Source of the DNA: an uncultured Bacteroidales bacterium
GTDB lineage: Bacteria > Bacteroidota > Bacteroidia > Bacteroidales > VadinHA17
Length of the DNA: 64,000 nt
Reading direction: 5' to 3'
NCBI GenBank assembly: GCA_963782945.1
Contig: CAWALO010000033.1
Coordinates: 194,014-258,013, forward strand
This document shows positions 9,839 to 19,699 of the stretch, one piece after another. Numbering within the stretch: position 1 is the stretch's first letter; each line of letters begins with the position of its first letter. Below the pieces are notes generated by a model. It was not told the origin of the DNA. It saw only the letters and a list, made by a program, of their open reading frames with translations, and made no database searches. Both the position numbers and the translations under genes were made by a program.

Positions 9839-12295
9839 TTACCTGATGTGGGCATTAAGTTCCTTTTCGAAGGCCCTTATAAGATTATTCATTACCTTGT
9901 CGATATTCTTGTCTGTCAGGGTCTTCATTTCGTCTCTCAGAATAAAGCTTACTGCATATGATTTTTTGTTGTTTCCAAGACTATCGCTTTCATAAACGTC
10001 GAAAAGATTAATGTCCCGGAGAATATTTCTTTCGGTCTGCAGCGCAATATCCCTGATCTGAGAAAACTTTACTCCCCTGTCAAGAAGTAATGCAAGATCA
10101 CGCTTAACAGATGGATATTTAGGCAATTCGCGGAAAGAAATTGCATGATTCTTAATAATTTTCATTACAAGGTCCCATTCGATATGACCATAATAGACAT
10201 CCTGATTTATGTCAAACTGGGACAGGCATTTTTTTGAGATGCGCCCTGTCTCAGCAAGGATCTCATTGTTAAAAAGATACGTCAGTGATTCTGTGAAATA
10301 TTTTTTATCACTTTCCCTGCTTGCCAGATCACCTGTATTTATGCCAAGTCGTGAGAGAACCATCTCCAAAGCTGATTTTATATTGAAGAAGTCTGTAGGA
10401 TTGGTTTTGCAGTTCCAGCTCAGTCTGTTGTTATTGCCTGTTATGAAAAGATCGAGCGATTCCTTTTCAGTATAATCGTCTGCAGCAGGATATCTTTTGT
10501 CTGATTTTTTGTAGAAATAGCAATGTCCGAATTCGTAAAATCTGAGGTCGAGATGCTGCCTGTTCAGATTCCAGATCACCGAGCTAAGTCCTCCGAAAAG
10601 AAGAGATTGTCTCATCGCATCCAGATCTGAGCTCAGTGGGTTAGCAAGCAAAACAAGCTGTTCCCTGTCAAAATCACTATTCTGTTCGTACCAGGCAGAT
10701 GGATTTAGAGAATTGCACATTATTTCAGAAAAGCCATTTGCGGACAGGAGATCAGCTGTGATGTTAACGACCTTTTCCCTGTTAGGCTTTTCAGGATAGG
10801 AGAGTGTTGAATTGACATGATTGGTGACTTCCACGTTGTTGTATCCATATATCCGGAGTACCTCCTCAATAACATCAGCCTCCTTCTTTACATCAACACG
10901 GTATGAGGGAATGTCAAGTGTCAGAGTTTCTCCCTTTTCTGTTATTATTACTATGTCAAGGAGCTTAAGTATTTTTTTTACAGTATCAGGGTTGATCTTT
11001 TTTCCAATGAGCCTGTTAATGTTGGAATAGGTAACTTCAATAACTGCATGCTTAACCTGGCCAGGGTATACATCGATTATATCTGATGAAATATTCCCTC
11101 CTGCCGACTCTTTTATCATCATAATAGCCCTTTTCAGTGCCCAGGTAGTCATATTTGGATCTGCACCTCTTTCGAAGCGGAAGGAAGCATCGGTCTTTAA
11201 TCCATGTCTTTTAGATGTTTTACGTATTGCAACAGGGTTAAAATAGGCGCTTTCAAGGAAGATGTTTTTTGTTGAAGCAGTAACCCCTGATTCTATTCCT
11301 CCAAACACTCCTGCAATGCACATTCCCCCTTCCGGACTACATATCATGAGGTCTTTTGAGGAGAGGCTTCTTTCATTATTGTCAAGGGTTATGAACTTGC
11401 TTTTATCAGGCAGATTTCTGATAATTACCTTTTTGTTTGTAATCTTATCTGCATCAAAGGCGTGAAGTGGTTGTCCGATTTCATGCTGGACAAAATTTGT
11501 GATATCAACGACATTATTTATTGGATTAAGACCAACTGCCTTTAGTCTGTTCTTAAGCCATTCGGGTGATTCTCCGACTGTTATGCCGCTTATTGTTATT
11601 CCCGAATACCTTGGACAATCTGTTGTATTTTCAATAATTACTTCATACGGATTGTCATTATTATCTGGTTTAAATCCTGATAAGGATGGCAGAACTGCAT
11701 TTGCGGCGAAATTTTCATTGAGATTCAGGTAGGCTGCCAGATCTCTTGCCACACCGTAATGTGAGCCGCTGTCTATCCTGTTCGGGGTCAGTCCTATTTC
11801 AAAAACAACATCCCTGACAACATTAAAATAGTTTTTTGCAGGTGTTCCGGGTTTTGCGTTACTGTCAAGCACCATGATGCCTTCATGGGAATTCCCCAGT
11901 CCGAGTTCATCTTCTGCACAGATCATACCCTCCGATAATTCACCCCTTATTTTTGATTTTTTTATCTCCAGGCTTTCATCTCCCTTGTATACCATTGTGC
12001 CTATTGTGGCTACAGGAACCTTCTGACCTGCTGCAACATTCGGCGCTCCGCACACTATCTGAACAGGTTGGTCTGCTCCGATATCAACGGTTGTAACAGA
12101 AAGTTTATCAGCATCCGGGTGTTTTTTACAGGTTAGAACTTCGCCTATTACAACACCTTCAAGACCTCCCTTTACTGAAACCCACTCGTCCATAGCTTCT
12201 ATCTCTAGTCCGATACCCGTCAATATCTCCGCCACCCGGGAAGGCTCCAGGTCGATCTTTAAGTAATCCTTAATCCAGTTATATGAGATCTTCAT
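9839..12295 (-). CDS. pheT: phenylalanine--tRNA ligase beta subunit
   Basis: Start moved to MKISYNWIKDYL (ATG at 12295), the canonical PheT N-terminus; tRNA-binding, B3/4, B5 and anticodon-binding regions recognisable; a minus-strand -7 box lies inside the longer ORF. Confidence 0.92.
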   Translation of the reverse strand: MKISYNWIKDYLKIDLEPSRVAEILTGIGLEIEAMDEWVSVKGGLEGVVIGEVLTCKKHPDADKLSVTTVDIGADQPVQIVCGAPNVAAGQKVPVATIGTMVYKGDESLEIKKSKIRGELSEGMICAEDELGLGNSHEGIMVLDSNAKPGTPAKNYFNVVRDVVFEIGLTPNRIDSGSHYGVARDLAAYLNLNENFAANAVLPSLSGFKPDNNDNPYEVIIENTTDCPRYSGITISGITVGESPEWLKNRLKAVGLNPINNVVDITNFVQHEIGQPLHAFDADKITNKKVIIRNLPDKSKFITLDNNERSLSSKDLMICSPEGGMCIAGVFGGIESGVTASTKNIFLESAYFNPVAIRKTSKRHGLKTDASFRFERGADPNMTTWALKRAIMMIKESAGGNISSDIIDVYPGQVKHAVIEVTYSNINRLIGKKINPDTVKKILKLLDIVIITEKGETLTLDIPSYRVDVKKEADVIEEVLRIYGYNNVEVTNHVNSTLSYPEKPNREKVVNITADLLSANGFSEIMCNSLNPSAWYEQNSDFDREQLVLLANPLSSDLDAMRQSLLFGGLSSVIWNLNRQHLDLRFYEFGHCYFYKKSDKRYPAADDYTEKESLDLFITGNNNRLSWNCKTNPTDFFNIKSALEMVLSRLGINTGDLASRESDKKYFTESLTYLFNNEILAETGRISKKCLSQFDINQDVYYGHIEWDLVMKIIKNHAISFRELPKYPSVKRDLALLLDRGVKFSQIRDIALQTERNILRDINLFDVYESDSLGNNKKSYAVSFILRDEMKTLTDKNIDKVMNNLIRAFEKELNAHIR

Positions 12296-12328
12296 TTTAT
12301 TTGGTCTAAAAATATTGCATAATGGATG

Positions 12329-12336
12329 CAAAAGTA
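12329..12336 (-). promoter_or_regulatory. -7 box TACTTTTG (minus strand) upstream of pheT
   Basis: caaaagta on the plus strand, 34 nt upstream of ATG 12295. Confidence 0.45.
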
Positions 12337-12366
12337 AGGATTTTTGAATTATGACTATGGTATGAC

Positions 12367-12400
12367 TTTGATAAATCAGCACCAAATTTGTCTATATTTG
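12367..12400 (+). promoter_or_regulatory. -33 TTTG (12367..12370) and -7 TATATTTG (12393..12400) upstream of surE
   Basis: Both consensus elements present, 22-nt spacing, -7 box ends 20 nt before ATG 12420. Confidence 0.55.
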
Positions 12401-12419
12401 TAGCTCAAACAGGCATAAT

Positions 12420-13202
12420 ATGGTAATTGAAAAAGATGACAGGCTGATTTTACTCACAAATGATGATGGTTTGTATGCTGCCGGATTGAAAACACTTCTC
12501 GGGGTAATGGAAGAATTTGGTAAGGTGTTTCTCATATCTACAACAGAGAGTATGTCAGGTATGTCACAGGCGCTTACTGTTAAGACTCCATTGCGGGTAA
12601 AATTGCTTGAGGAGAATGAAAAGCACCGTATCTATGCTTGTAACGGAACACCTACTGATAGTGTTAAGCTTGCTATCAATCAGTTGCTGGAAAGAACTCC
12701 GGACTGGGTTGTCTCAGGCATAAACCATGGGGCCAATGCCTCGGTAAGCATACTCTATTCGGGAACCATGGCTGCGGCAATTGAAGGTTGCCTATATGGT
12801 ATCAGCTCTGTAGGCTTCTCCCTTAATAACTTTTCACCTTCTGCGGATTTTTCAATATGCAGAAAGTACATAAGGCAGGTGATGAGGAAAGTTGCAAAAG
12901 AGCCGCTACCTCCCGGAGTATGCCTGAATGTTAATATCCCGGTTGCCAACAGTAAAGAGATAAAGGGAATTAGAATATGCCGTCAGGCAAAAGGAAACTG
13001 GAAGGAGGAATTCGAGAAGAGGAAAGACCCAATGGGAAAGACTTATTACTGGCTGACGGGTGTATTTCTGAATCATGAACCGGATGCCTCAGATACTGAT
13101 GAATGGGCAATTGCAAACAATTTTGTGTCGGTTGTTCCCGTTAGTGTCGATATGACAGCGCACTGGTATCTGGATGAACTTAAACTCAGGTTTAAGAAAT
13201 GA
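12420..13202 (+). CDS. surE: 5'/3'-nucleotidase SurE
   Basis: ILLTNDDG N-terminal motif, GINHGAN, YSGTMAAA motifs. Confidence 0.9.
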   Translation: MVIEKDDRLILLTNDDGLYAAGLKTLLGVMEEFGKVFLISTTESMSGMSQALTVKTPLRVKLLEENEKHRIYACNGTPTDSVKLAINQLLERTPDWVVSGINHGANASVSILYSGTMAAAIEGCLYGISSVGFSLNNFSPSADFSICRKYIRQVMRKVAKEPLPPGVCLNVNIPVANSKEIKGIRICRQAKGNWKEEFEKRKDPMGKTYYWLTGVFLNHEPDASDTDEWAIANNFVSVVPVSVDMTAHWYLDELKLRFKK

Positions 13203-13498
13203 CAATTCCGGAGAAATATGACAGGCTGATAACAGGTCTGATAAGCGGATTAATTTTACCATTTGTTATTGGATTATTAGTATTCCTTTTCTCATCCGGT
13301 GATATCTCACTTGGTTCATACCTCTCCAGACTGAAAGATTCCAATATTATTACACATTCAATTACCTTGTGTGTCTTCCCTAATATTTTTGTTTTTCTGA
13401 TATTTAACAGATTCGATATGCTGAGGGCTGCAAGGGGAATGCTGGCCATAACTATTATCTGGGCAATCATTGTTTTTGCTGTAAAATTCCTGACATGA
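13199..13498 (+). CDS. small membrane protein (3 predicted TM segments), unknown function
   Basis: 99-aa ORF with ATGA start/stop overlaps to surE (13199-13202) and to lpxB (13495-13498). Confidence 0.55.
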   Translation: MTIPEKYDRLITGLISGLILPFVIGLLVFLFSSGDISLGSYLSRLKDSNIITHSITLCVFPNIFVFLIFNRFDMLRAARGMLAITIIWAIIVFAVKFLT

Positions 13499-14643
13499 AG
13501 TATTTTATTATTGCAGGAGAACAATCGGGAGACCTTCATGGCTCAAACCTTGTCAGGGGTATTCATTCCGCTGATAAAAATGCAGAAATTTTTTGCTGGG
13601 GAGGTGATCTGATGGAAGAGGCCGGGGCAAAATTATTGAACCATTACAGGAAACTGGCCTTTATGGGATTTGTGGCGGTTGTAAAGAACCTTGGGGCTAT
13701 AAGTAAGAATTTGGATCTATGTAAAAAACAGATTCTTGAATTCAATCCTGATGTTGTGATTTTTATTGATTACCCCGGATTTAACCTCAGGATTGCAGAA
13801 TTTGCAAAAACATCTGGTTTCAGGACCTTCTATTATATCTCGCCAAAGCTTTGGGCATGGAATGAAGGAAGAGTGAAGAAGATAAGAGAATACATCGACA
13901 GGATGTTTATTATTTTCCCTTTTGAGGAGGAGTTCTACAAAAAACATGGTATTGCTGTAGAGTATTACGGGAATCCGCTTGTGGATGAGACTGAAAAACG
14001 AAATGCTTCATTCCCGGAGAAAGGTGAGATCTTCAGATCGATCGGAATAAAGGAGCAGCCTGTAATAGCATTGCTTGCCGGAAGCCGCAGACATGAAATT
14101 GAATACGTACTGCCGCAAATGTTAAAAATGGTCAGCCATTTTCCCGCTTGCCGGTTTATTCTTGCAGGTGTAAAAAATATTCCTGATGAATTCTACAGAA
14201 AGATCATCGGAGACAGTGCTGTGATGCTGGTAAAGAATAAAACTTATGAGATTTTGCATATATCAGAGGCTGCCCTTGTTACTTCGGGGACTGCCACCCT
14301 CGAGGCTGCTCTTCTTGGTACACCCCAGGTTGTCTGCTATAAGGGTGATTTCTTCTCAATGGTTATTGCCTGGATGGTAGTAAAAGTAAAATATATTTCA
14401 CTGGTGAATCTCATTATGGGGATGGAAGTTATTAAAGAACTGGTCCAGTATGACCTGAATGAGAAGAACTTGAAAACAGAGCTTAAAGCAATTCTGCGGG
14501 GAGGGAACAAAAGGGATAAAATCATTTCCGATTATGAGGCGCTGAAGATAAAGCTCGGGACTGCCGGGGCATCGGGAAGGATAGCTCAGGAAATGGTTGA
14601 GGAACTGAAAAGAAGTAATGAGGGGAATGAAATATTGGTATAA
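13495..14643 (+). CDS. lpxB: lipid-A-disaccharide synthase
   Basis: MKYFIIAGEQSGDLHGSNL N-terminus, YISPKLWAW and SGTATLEAALLGTP motifs. Confidence 0.9.
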   Translation: MKYFIIAGEQSGDLHGSNLVRGIHSADKNAEIFCWGGDLMEEAGAKLLNHYRKLAFMGFVAVVKNLGAISKNLDLCKKQILEFNPDVVIFIDYPGFNLRIAEFAKTSGFRTFYYISPKLWAWNEGRVKKIREYIDRMFIIFPFEEEFYKKHGIAVEYYGNPLVDETEKRNASFPEKGEIFRSIGIKEQPVIALLAGSRRHEIEYVLPQMLKMVSHFPACRFILAGVKNIPDEFYRKIIGDSAVMLVKNKTYEILHISEAALVTSGTATLEAALLGTPQVVCYKGDFFSMVIAWMVVKVKYISLVNLIMGMEVIKELVQYDLNEKNLKTELKAILRGGNKRDKIISDYEALKIKLGTAGASGRIAQEMVEELKRSNEGNEILV

Positions 14644-14652
14644 AGAATTTAA

Positions 14653-14748
14653 ACACGGAGTGTCACTGAGTTTGACACGGAGTGACACTGTTTGGAATCT
14701 TTCATAAACTCCGTGAAACACCGTTTAAAACTCTGTGTAACTCAGTGG
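14653..14748. repeat. CACNRAGK 10-11-nt repeat block arranged as an imperfect inverted repeat
   Basis: acacggagtgt cactgagtttg acacggagtg on the left; actccgtgaaacaccg ... actctgtgtaactcagtg on the right; cactgagtt(14664-72)/aactcagtg(14740-48) and acacggagt/actctgtgt can pair. Confidence 0.8.
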
Positions 14749-14796
14749 TTAAAAAACAACAGGCCTTAATTATTGTTAAAAATACTTGTTCCATTA

Positions 14797-15966
14797 ATGT
14801 ACAAAAAGCTGATCCTTATTCTTTTTTTTGATGTTCTTTTCGTTCTGTTTATGCAAGGGCAGGTAAGGATCAGGCTGTTTTCATCACAGACTCCCGAATC
14901 AGCCCTGTTCTCAGTCACCAGCGGCAGGTATGAATTAATAACGTATAACGGGGAGAGCCTCACTGTGAAAAAAAATGAAACTGTTTTGATAACCAGGTTC
15001 AATGGAAAGCTGGCGGTAAAAGCAGGCGATAAGAAGGGGTTCACTTGTGATTCGCTTCTTCTTTTAGGGAAAACAGGAAATGATTTCTTTTCACTGAGGA
15101 TAAATGATGGTATTCCTGTCAGACAGTTTTATTCGGGAGACCTTCTGTGTTACCCTGATCTGGGTACTATTGTCATGATAAACAAATGTAATGTAGAAAG
15201 CTATATAGCCGGTGTCGTAAAAGCAGAAGGTGGAAGCGGCAGGTATAAGGAGTATATCAAGACCCAGGCCATACTCGCACGGACATATATGTACCGGTAT
15301 TTCGACAAGCATCTATCTGACAGGTACAATGTTTGTGACAATACACATTGCCAGGCCTTTAAGGGATTGTCAGCAGACTCAGTTATCAACAGGTCAGCTG
15401 TTGAAACGAAGGGGTTGGTTATACTTGATCGCGACAGCATTCTTATCATATCCCCTTTTCATTCAAATTGCGGAGGTGAGACTTCAGGTCCTGAAAATGT
15501 ATGGCTGACAAGTCTGCCATATCTCAAAAGTGTTGTGGATCCATATTGTATTACTTCAAATAGTGCCACCTGGGAAAAACGGCTTAGCCTAAAAGAGTGG
15601 ATCGGATTATTGAGGAACTCAGGGTATGAAGGCAAAACAGATAATCCTGCAGGTTTTACTTTTATACAGAAAACCCGGGAGTATTATTACCGTACAGGAT
15701 CATTCAGTGTTCCGTTAAGTACAATAAGGGCAGAATTGAATCTGAGGTCAACTTTTTTTTCAGTTTATGCTGAAGGTGATTCTGTTATCCTTAAAGGAAG
15801 AGGCTATGGTCATGGTGTCGGACTATGCCAGGAGGGAGCAATGGAGATGGCAAAAGAGGGAAAAAACTGCCGGCAGATATTAGATTTTTATTATTCTGAT
15901 GTTATATTAGCCGATATTAAAAATGCACTAATTTTGGACAGTGATACAACTGCAAAAACACCGTAA
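14797..15966 (+). CDS. SpoIID/LytB domain-containing protein
   Basis: ATG at 14797 gives a signal peptide; ARTYMYRY...CDNTHCQAFKG and HSNCGGET motifs of the SpoIID family. Confidence 0.8.
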   Translation: MYKKLILILFFDVLFVLFMQGQVRIRLFSSQTPESALFSVTSGRYELITYNGESLTVKKNETVLITRFNGKLAVKAGDKKGFTCDSLLLLGKTGNDFFSLRINDGIPVRQFYSGDLLCYPDLGTIVMINKCNVESYIAGVVKAEGGSGRYKEYIKTQAILARTYMYRYFDKHLSDRYNVCDNTHCQAFKGLSADSVINRSAVETKGLVILDRDSILIISPFHSNCGGETSGPENVWLTSLPYLKSVVDPYCITSNSATWEKRLSLKEWIGLLRNSGYEGKTDNPAGFTFIQKTREYYYRTGSFSVPLSTIRAELNLRSTFFSVYAEGDSVILKGRGYGHGVGLCQEGAMEMAKEGKNCRQILDFYYSDVILADIKNALILDSDTTAKTP

Positions 15967-16027
15967 GATTTTGGGATTTTTGCCACCGCCTGCTTCAAAA
16001 AGGGCTACGTACAGCGATGGATTTCAA

Positions 16028-16051
16028 CCCCCCTTCAGGGGGGCAGGGGGG
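16028..16051. repeat. C6-TTCA-G6-CA-G6 module
   Basis: cccccc ttca gggggg ca gggggg read directly; GC hairpin with a second competing G-run. Confidence 0.8.
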
Positions 16052-16132
16052 CATAAAGTCTCAGGGCTGTGGAGTATAAAGTTTAGTAAAAATACATATC
16101 TGTTAATAATTAGAAGTGTTAAGATATAACAT

Positions 16133-16876
16133 ATGTTAGCAATATTCAAAAAGGAGATAAGCGGATTTTTCAGCAGTCTTACCGGGTATGTGGTAATTCT
16201 TGTTTTCCTGCTTATCAACAGCCTGTTCATGTGGGTTTTTCCAGGAGAGTGGAATATTTTTGACACCGGATATGCCGGGCTTGACACCCTGTTTTTACTG
16301 TCACCCTGGGTTTTTCTCTTCCTTGTGCCTGCCGTAACAATGAAGATGATAGCTGAGGAAAAAAGACTAGGTACAATTGAACTGATATACTCCAGACCCA
16401 TTACGGAAAGAGGTATTGTCTGGGGTAAATTCCTGGCTTCCATAATACTTGTTCTGCTGGCCCTTATTCCCGGCCTGATATATTATATTTCTGTTTATAT
16501 GCTTGGAGAGTCGCCGGGCAATCTTGACAGGGGGGGAACACTGGGCGCCTTCATCGGTCTCTTTTTCCTGGCATCAGTTTATGCTTCTGCAGGTATTTTT
16601 GCCTCTTCTGTTACTGAGAACCAGGTTGTAGCATTTATCCTGGCTGTTCTTATCTGTTTCTTTCTTTTTATGGGTTTTGACTCGTTTGCCTATCTGCCCG
16701 GATTTAAAAAAATGGATGAATTAGTTTTAAATCTTGGAATCAACGAGCATTATAAATCTGTCAGCAGGGGAGTGATTGACATTAAAGATGCCGTATATTT
16801 TATATCGGTCGCCCTGATCTTTAATGAGGCAACCAGACTTGTTCTGTTATCGCGTAAATGGAGAAAAATAAAGTAA
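16133..16876 (+). CDS. gldF: gliding motility-associated ABC transporter permease GldF
   Basis: N-terminus MLAIFKKEISGFFSSLTGYVVILVFL...WVFLFLVPAVTMK matches GldF pattern; followed by gldG. Confidence 0.85.
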   Translation: MLAIFKKEISGFFSSLTGYVVILVFLLINSLFMWVFPGEWNIFDTGYAGLDTLFLLSPWVFLFLVPAVTMKMIAEEKRLGTIELIYSRPITERGIVWGKFLASIILVLLALIPGLIYYISVYMLGESPGNLDRGGTLGAFIGLFFLASVYASAGIFASSVTENQVVAFILAVLICFFLFMGFDSFAYLPGFKKMDELVLNLGINEHYKSVSRGVIDIKDAVYFISVALIFNEATRLVLLSRKWRKIK

Positions 16877-16879
16877 TCC

Positions 16880-18592
16880 ATGACAGACAAATCTTCCTCA
16901 AATATCAGATTAAGGAGCTGGCTTCAATTCATAAGTGCAGTGGCCGGAATAATTCTGCTGGCAACAGTCAGCTCATTTGTAAGGCTCAGGCTTGATCTGA
17001 CTGAAGACAAAAGATTCACTCTTTCTGACCCTTCACGAAGGGTATTGTCAGGTATAAAAAATGATGTTTTTGTGCAGGTTTGTCTTGACGGCGAAATGCC
17101 AATTCCCTTGAAAAAGCTGAAAAGATCCGTAAGGGAGATGCTCGATGAATTCAGAATAGCATCCGGGAAGAAGATAGATTATGAATTCATAAATCCGTCA
17201 GAAGGGAGGGATGCCAAACAAAGGCAGGCAAGCTATCAGTCTCTCATAAATAAAGGATTAAACCCAATCAATATCCAGGCAGGTGATGCCGAGGGCGGAT
17301 CGACACAAAAGATTATTTTCCCGGGAATGCTGATAAACTGCAATGGAGTTGAAGTTCCTGTCAATTTTTTAAAGAACAATCCCTCTCTGTCATATGAACA
17401 AAATATCCTGCATTCCGTTGAAGGACTCGAATATGAATTGATTCAGAATATTGCCACTCTGAGCTCAGATACAGTTTATAAAATTGCTTTCATAGAAGGT
17501 CATGATGAGATACCTGAAATTGAAACAGCAGATCTTACTTTAAACCTGGCAAAGTTCTTTACGATTGACAGGGGAATCATAGGTGGCAAACCAGGAATAC
17601 TCGACGATTACGCAGCAGTAATAATTGCCGGTCCGGAAAAGGAGTTTAATGAATCAGACAAGCTTGTCCTTGATCAGTATATCATGAACGGAGGCAAGGT
17701 TATCTGGCTTTTCGACGAGGTGGCAGTAAACGCTGACAGTCTGATATTCGGTGAAACAGTTGGACTTTACCGGCCATTGAACATTGAGGATCAGATTTTC
17801 ATGTACGGTGCAAGAGTCAATCCTGCCATAGTGCAGGATCTGGAATGTATGATTATAAGGCTGAAGATAGGTACCGGCAGCACAAACCAGCAGATTGTCC
17901 CTGCACCATGGGTATATTATCCCTTGCTGATTCCATCTGCCAATCATCCGGTTACACGAAATCTGAACAGGGTAAAAGGAGAATTCACGAATTATATTGA
18001 TACTGTAGGCCTCGATACAGCTATTAAGAAGACGGTTCTTCTCTCAACCTCAAAGAATAGCCGGACACTTTCGCCGCCTCTTATTGTAAGTTTAAAAGAG
18101 GCCGAATTAACCCCTGATGAGAAAGACTTCAATAAATCAGGCCTTCCGGTTGCAGTCCTTCTTGAGGGAGTGTTTCCTTCAGTTTTCAGGAACAGGACAG
18201 TCAGCAACCTGACCGATGATAAGAATTTTAAAATAAGAAGCAAAAGCAGGAAAACAAGGCTTATCGTAATAGCCGATGCAGATATTATCAGGAATGAAGT
18301 AAGACGAACAGGGGTTGAAGAGACACCGCTGCCATTGGGCCAGGATAAATATACAGGTCAGATGTTTGGGAACAGAGACTTCCTTATCAATTGCCTTAAT
18401 TATCTGGTAGATGATCATGGTATAATGGGACTCAGATCGAGAGAGCTGAAAATGAGGCTCCTGAACAAAATGAAAGTGAAGTCAGAAAAGACAGAGTGGC
18501 AGATGATTAATGTTCTTGGCCCTGCTGTGTTGGTAATCCTGGCCGGATTTATATTTAACTACTTCAAAAAAAGAAATTATACAAAAGTCTGA
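16880..18592 (+). CDS. gldG: gliding-associated ABC transporter substrate-binding component GldG
   Basis: 570 aa, N- and C-terminal TM anchors, RLDLTEDKRFTLS motif; 3 nt after gldF. Confidence 0.85.
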   Translation: MTDKSSSNIRLRSWLQFISAVAGIILLATVSSFVRLRLDLTEDKRFTLSDPSRRVLSGIKNDVFVQVCLDGEMPIPLKKLKRSVREMLDEFRIASGKKIDYEFINPSEGRDAKQRQASYQSLINKGLNPINIQAGDAEGGSTQKIIFPGMLINCNGVEVPVNFLKNNPSLSYEQNILHSVEGLEYELIQNIATLSSDTVYKIAFIEGHDEIPEIETADLTLNLAKFFTIDRGIIGGKPGILDDYAAVIIAGPEKEFNESDKLVLDQYIMNGGKVIWLFDEVAVNADSLIFGETVGLYRPLNIEDQIFMYGARVNPAIVQDLECMIIRLKIGTGSTNQQIVPAPWVYYPLLIPSANHPVTRNLNRVKGEFTNYIDTVGLDTAIKKTVLLSTSKNSRTLSPPLIVSLKEAELTPDEKDFNKSGLPVAVLLEGVFPSVFRNRTVSNLTDDKNFKIRSKSRKTRLIVIADADIIRNEVRRTGVEETPLPLGQDKYTGQMFGNRDFLINCLNYLVDDHGIMGLRSRELKMRLLNKMKVKSEKTEWQMINVLGPAVLVILAGFIFNYFKKRNYTKV

Positions 18593-18594
18593 TA

Positions 18595-19566
18595 ATGTAC
18601 AAATTAATCATAAGGGGAGTGCTGATAGCAATAGCAGCCGTGATTGTTGTGCTGACATTATTCCGAAACAGGCTTCCTTTTGGGGAAGGTAACAGTTCAT
18701 TTGCAACAGAACCAGGGCAGGAGATTACCAGGATCGAATTCTCGGAGGAAGGGAAAAAGTTGTCGTTGCAGAAAAATAGCGAAAGCTGGGTTATCAATGA
18801 AAAAGCTGAGGCCAGGAAAAGCGGGATGCAATTTATTCTGAGGATCCTGCGTGAGGTAAAGATTAAATCACCCGTGTCTTCAGAGTTGTTTAAATCGGAG
18901 ATCACTGATAAGGGAATAATACCTGTAAAAATTAAGGTATACGAAGGCAGAAAACTCATAAAGAGTTACCTGGTTTATAAAACATCGTCAAACAGTTATG
19001 GAAATATAATGAAAATGGGAGAAAGGGCAAAGCCTTTCATAGTTTATGTGCCAGGATATGATGGAGATATAGGTTCTGCATTTACGCCCAGTGAATTGTT
19101 CTGGCAACCATACACGGTTTTCAACTTACTCCCTTCGGAAATTGAATCAGTAAAGCTGGAAAATATTGCAGATACGTCGGCCTCATTCTCTATAACCTCC
19201 AGGGATCATCATCTTGTTCTTTCGGATTTGAAAAGGGAACTGACCGGATTTGATTCTACACTTGTATTACGGTATCTCTCATATTTTGCCTGGATCCCAT
19301 TTGAAAAATGGGCACTCGATATGGGAGATAAAGCCAAAGAAATGGTTGAAGCTCAGCAACCTCTGTACAGGATTACAGTAACCACGCCTGCAGGAAGAAC
19401 GACAATTCTTACCTTATGGGAAAAAATGATGGAAGAACAGGGAGACAAGAAAAAAGACAGTGACAAATTACTTGGCAGGACACAATCCGGTGATTATTTT
19501 TTTGTCATGAGGTATTTCGATATTGACCCGCTGCTGAAGAAGAGGTCTTATTTCTTTCCGGAATAA
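18595..19566 (+). CDS. DUF4340-like protein
   Basis: 323-aa ORF with N-terminal TM anchor, 2 nt after gldG, the usual position of DUF4340 proteins. Confidence 0.55.
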   Translation: MYKLIIRGVLIAIAAVIVVLTLFRNRLPFGEGNSSFATEPGQEITRIEFSEEGKKLSLQKNSESWVINEKAEARKSGMQFILRILREVKIKSPVSSELFKSEITDKGIIPVKIKVYEGRKLIKSYLVYKTSSNSYGNIMKMGERAKPFIVYVPGYDGDIGSAFTPSELFWQPYTVFNLLPSEIESVKLENIADTSASFSITSRDHHLVLSDLKRELTGFDSTLVLRYLSYFAWIPFEKWALDMGDKAKEMVEAQQPLYRITVTTPAGRTTILTLWEKMMEEQGDKKKDSDKLLGRTQSGDYFFVMRYFDIDPLLKKRSYFFPE

Positions 19567-19699
19567 TTTTTTTCTGTTAATAGTTTTTTTTTGTAATATT
19601 GGTAAATGAGAATTCCATCCATAATGTGATTCAATTGATTCATTTTGACTCAAATAGTAAAATATATAATTCTAACAATAAATTTAAAACGGCACCGAT

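Noticed and set aside
12296-12385. 30-aa N-terminal extension of pheT in the ORF track
   Set aside because: MKISYNWIKDYL at 12295 is the canonical PheT start, and a minus-strand -7 box (12329-12336) lies inside the extension.
19567-19699. Replication origin upstream of dnaN
   Set aside because: I could find no TTATCCACA-type DnaA boxes and no dnaA gene nearby. The region is just an AT-rich intergenic spacer.
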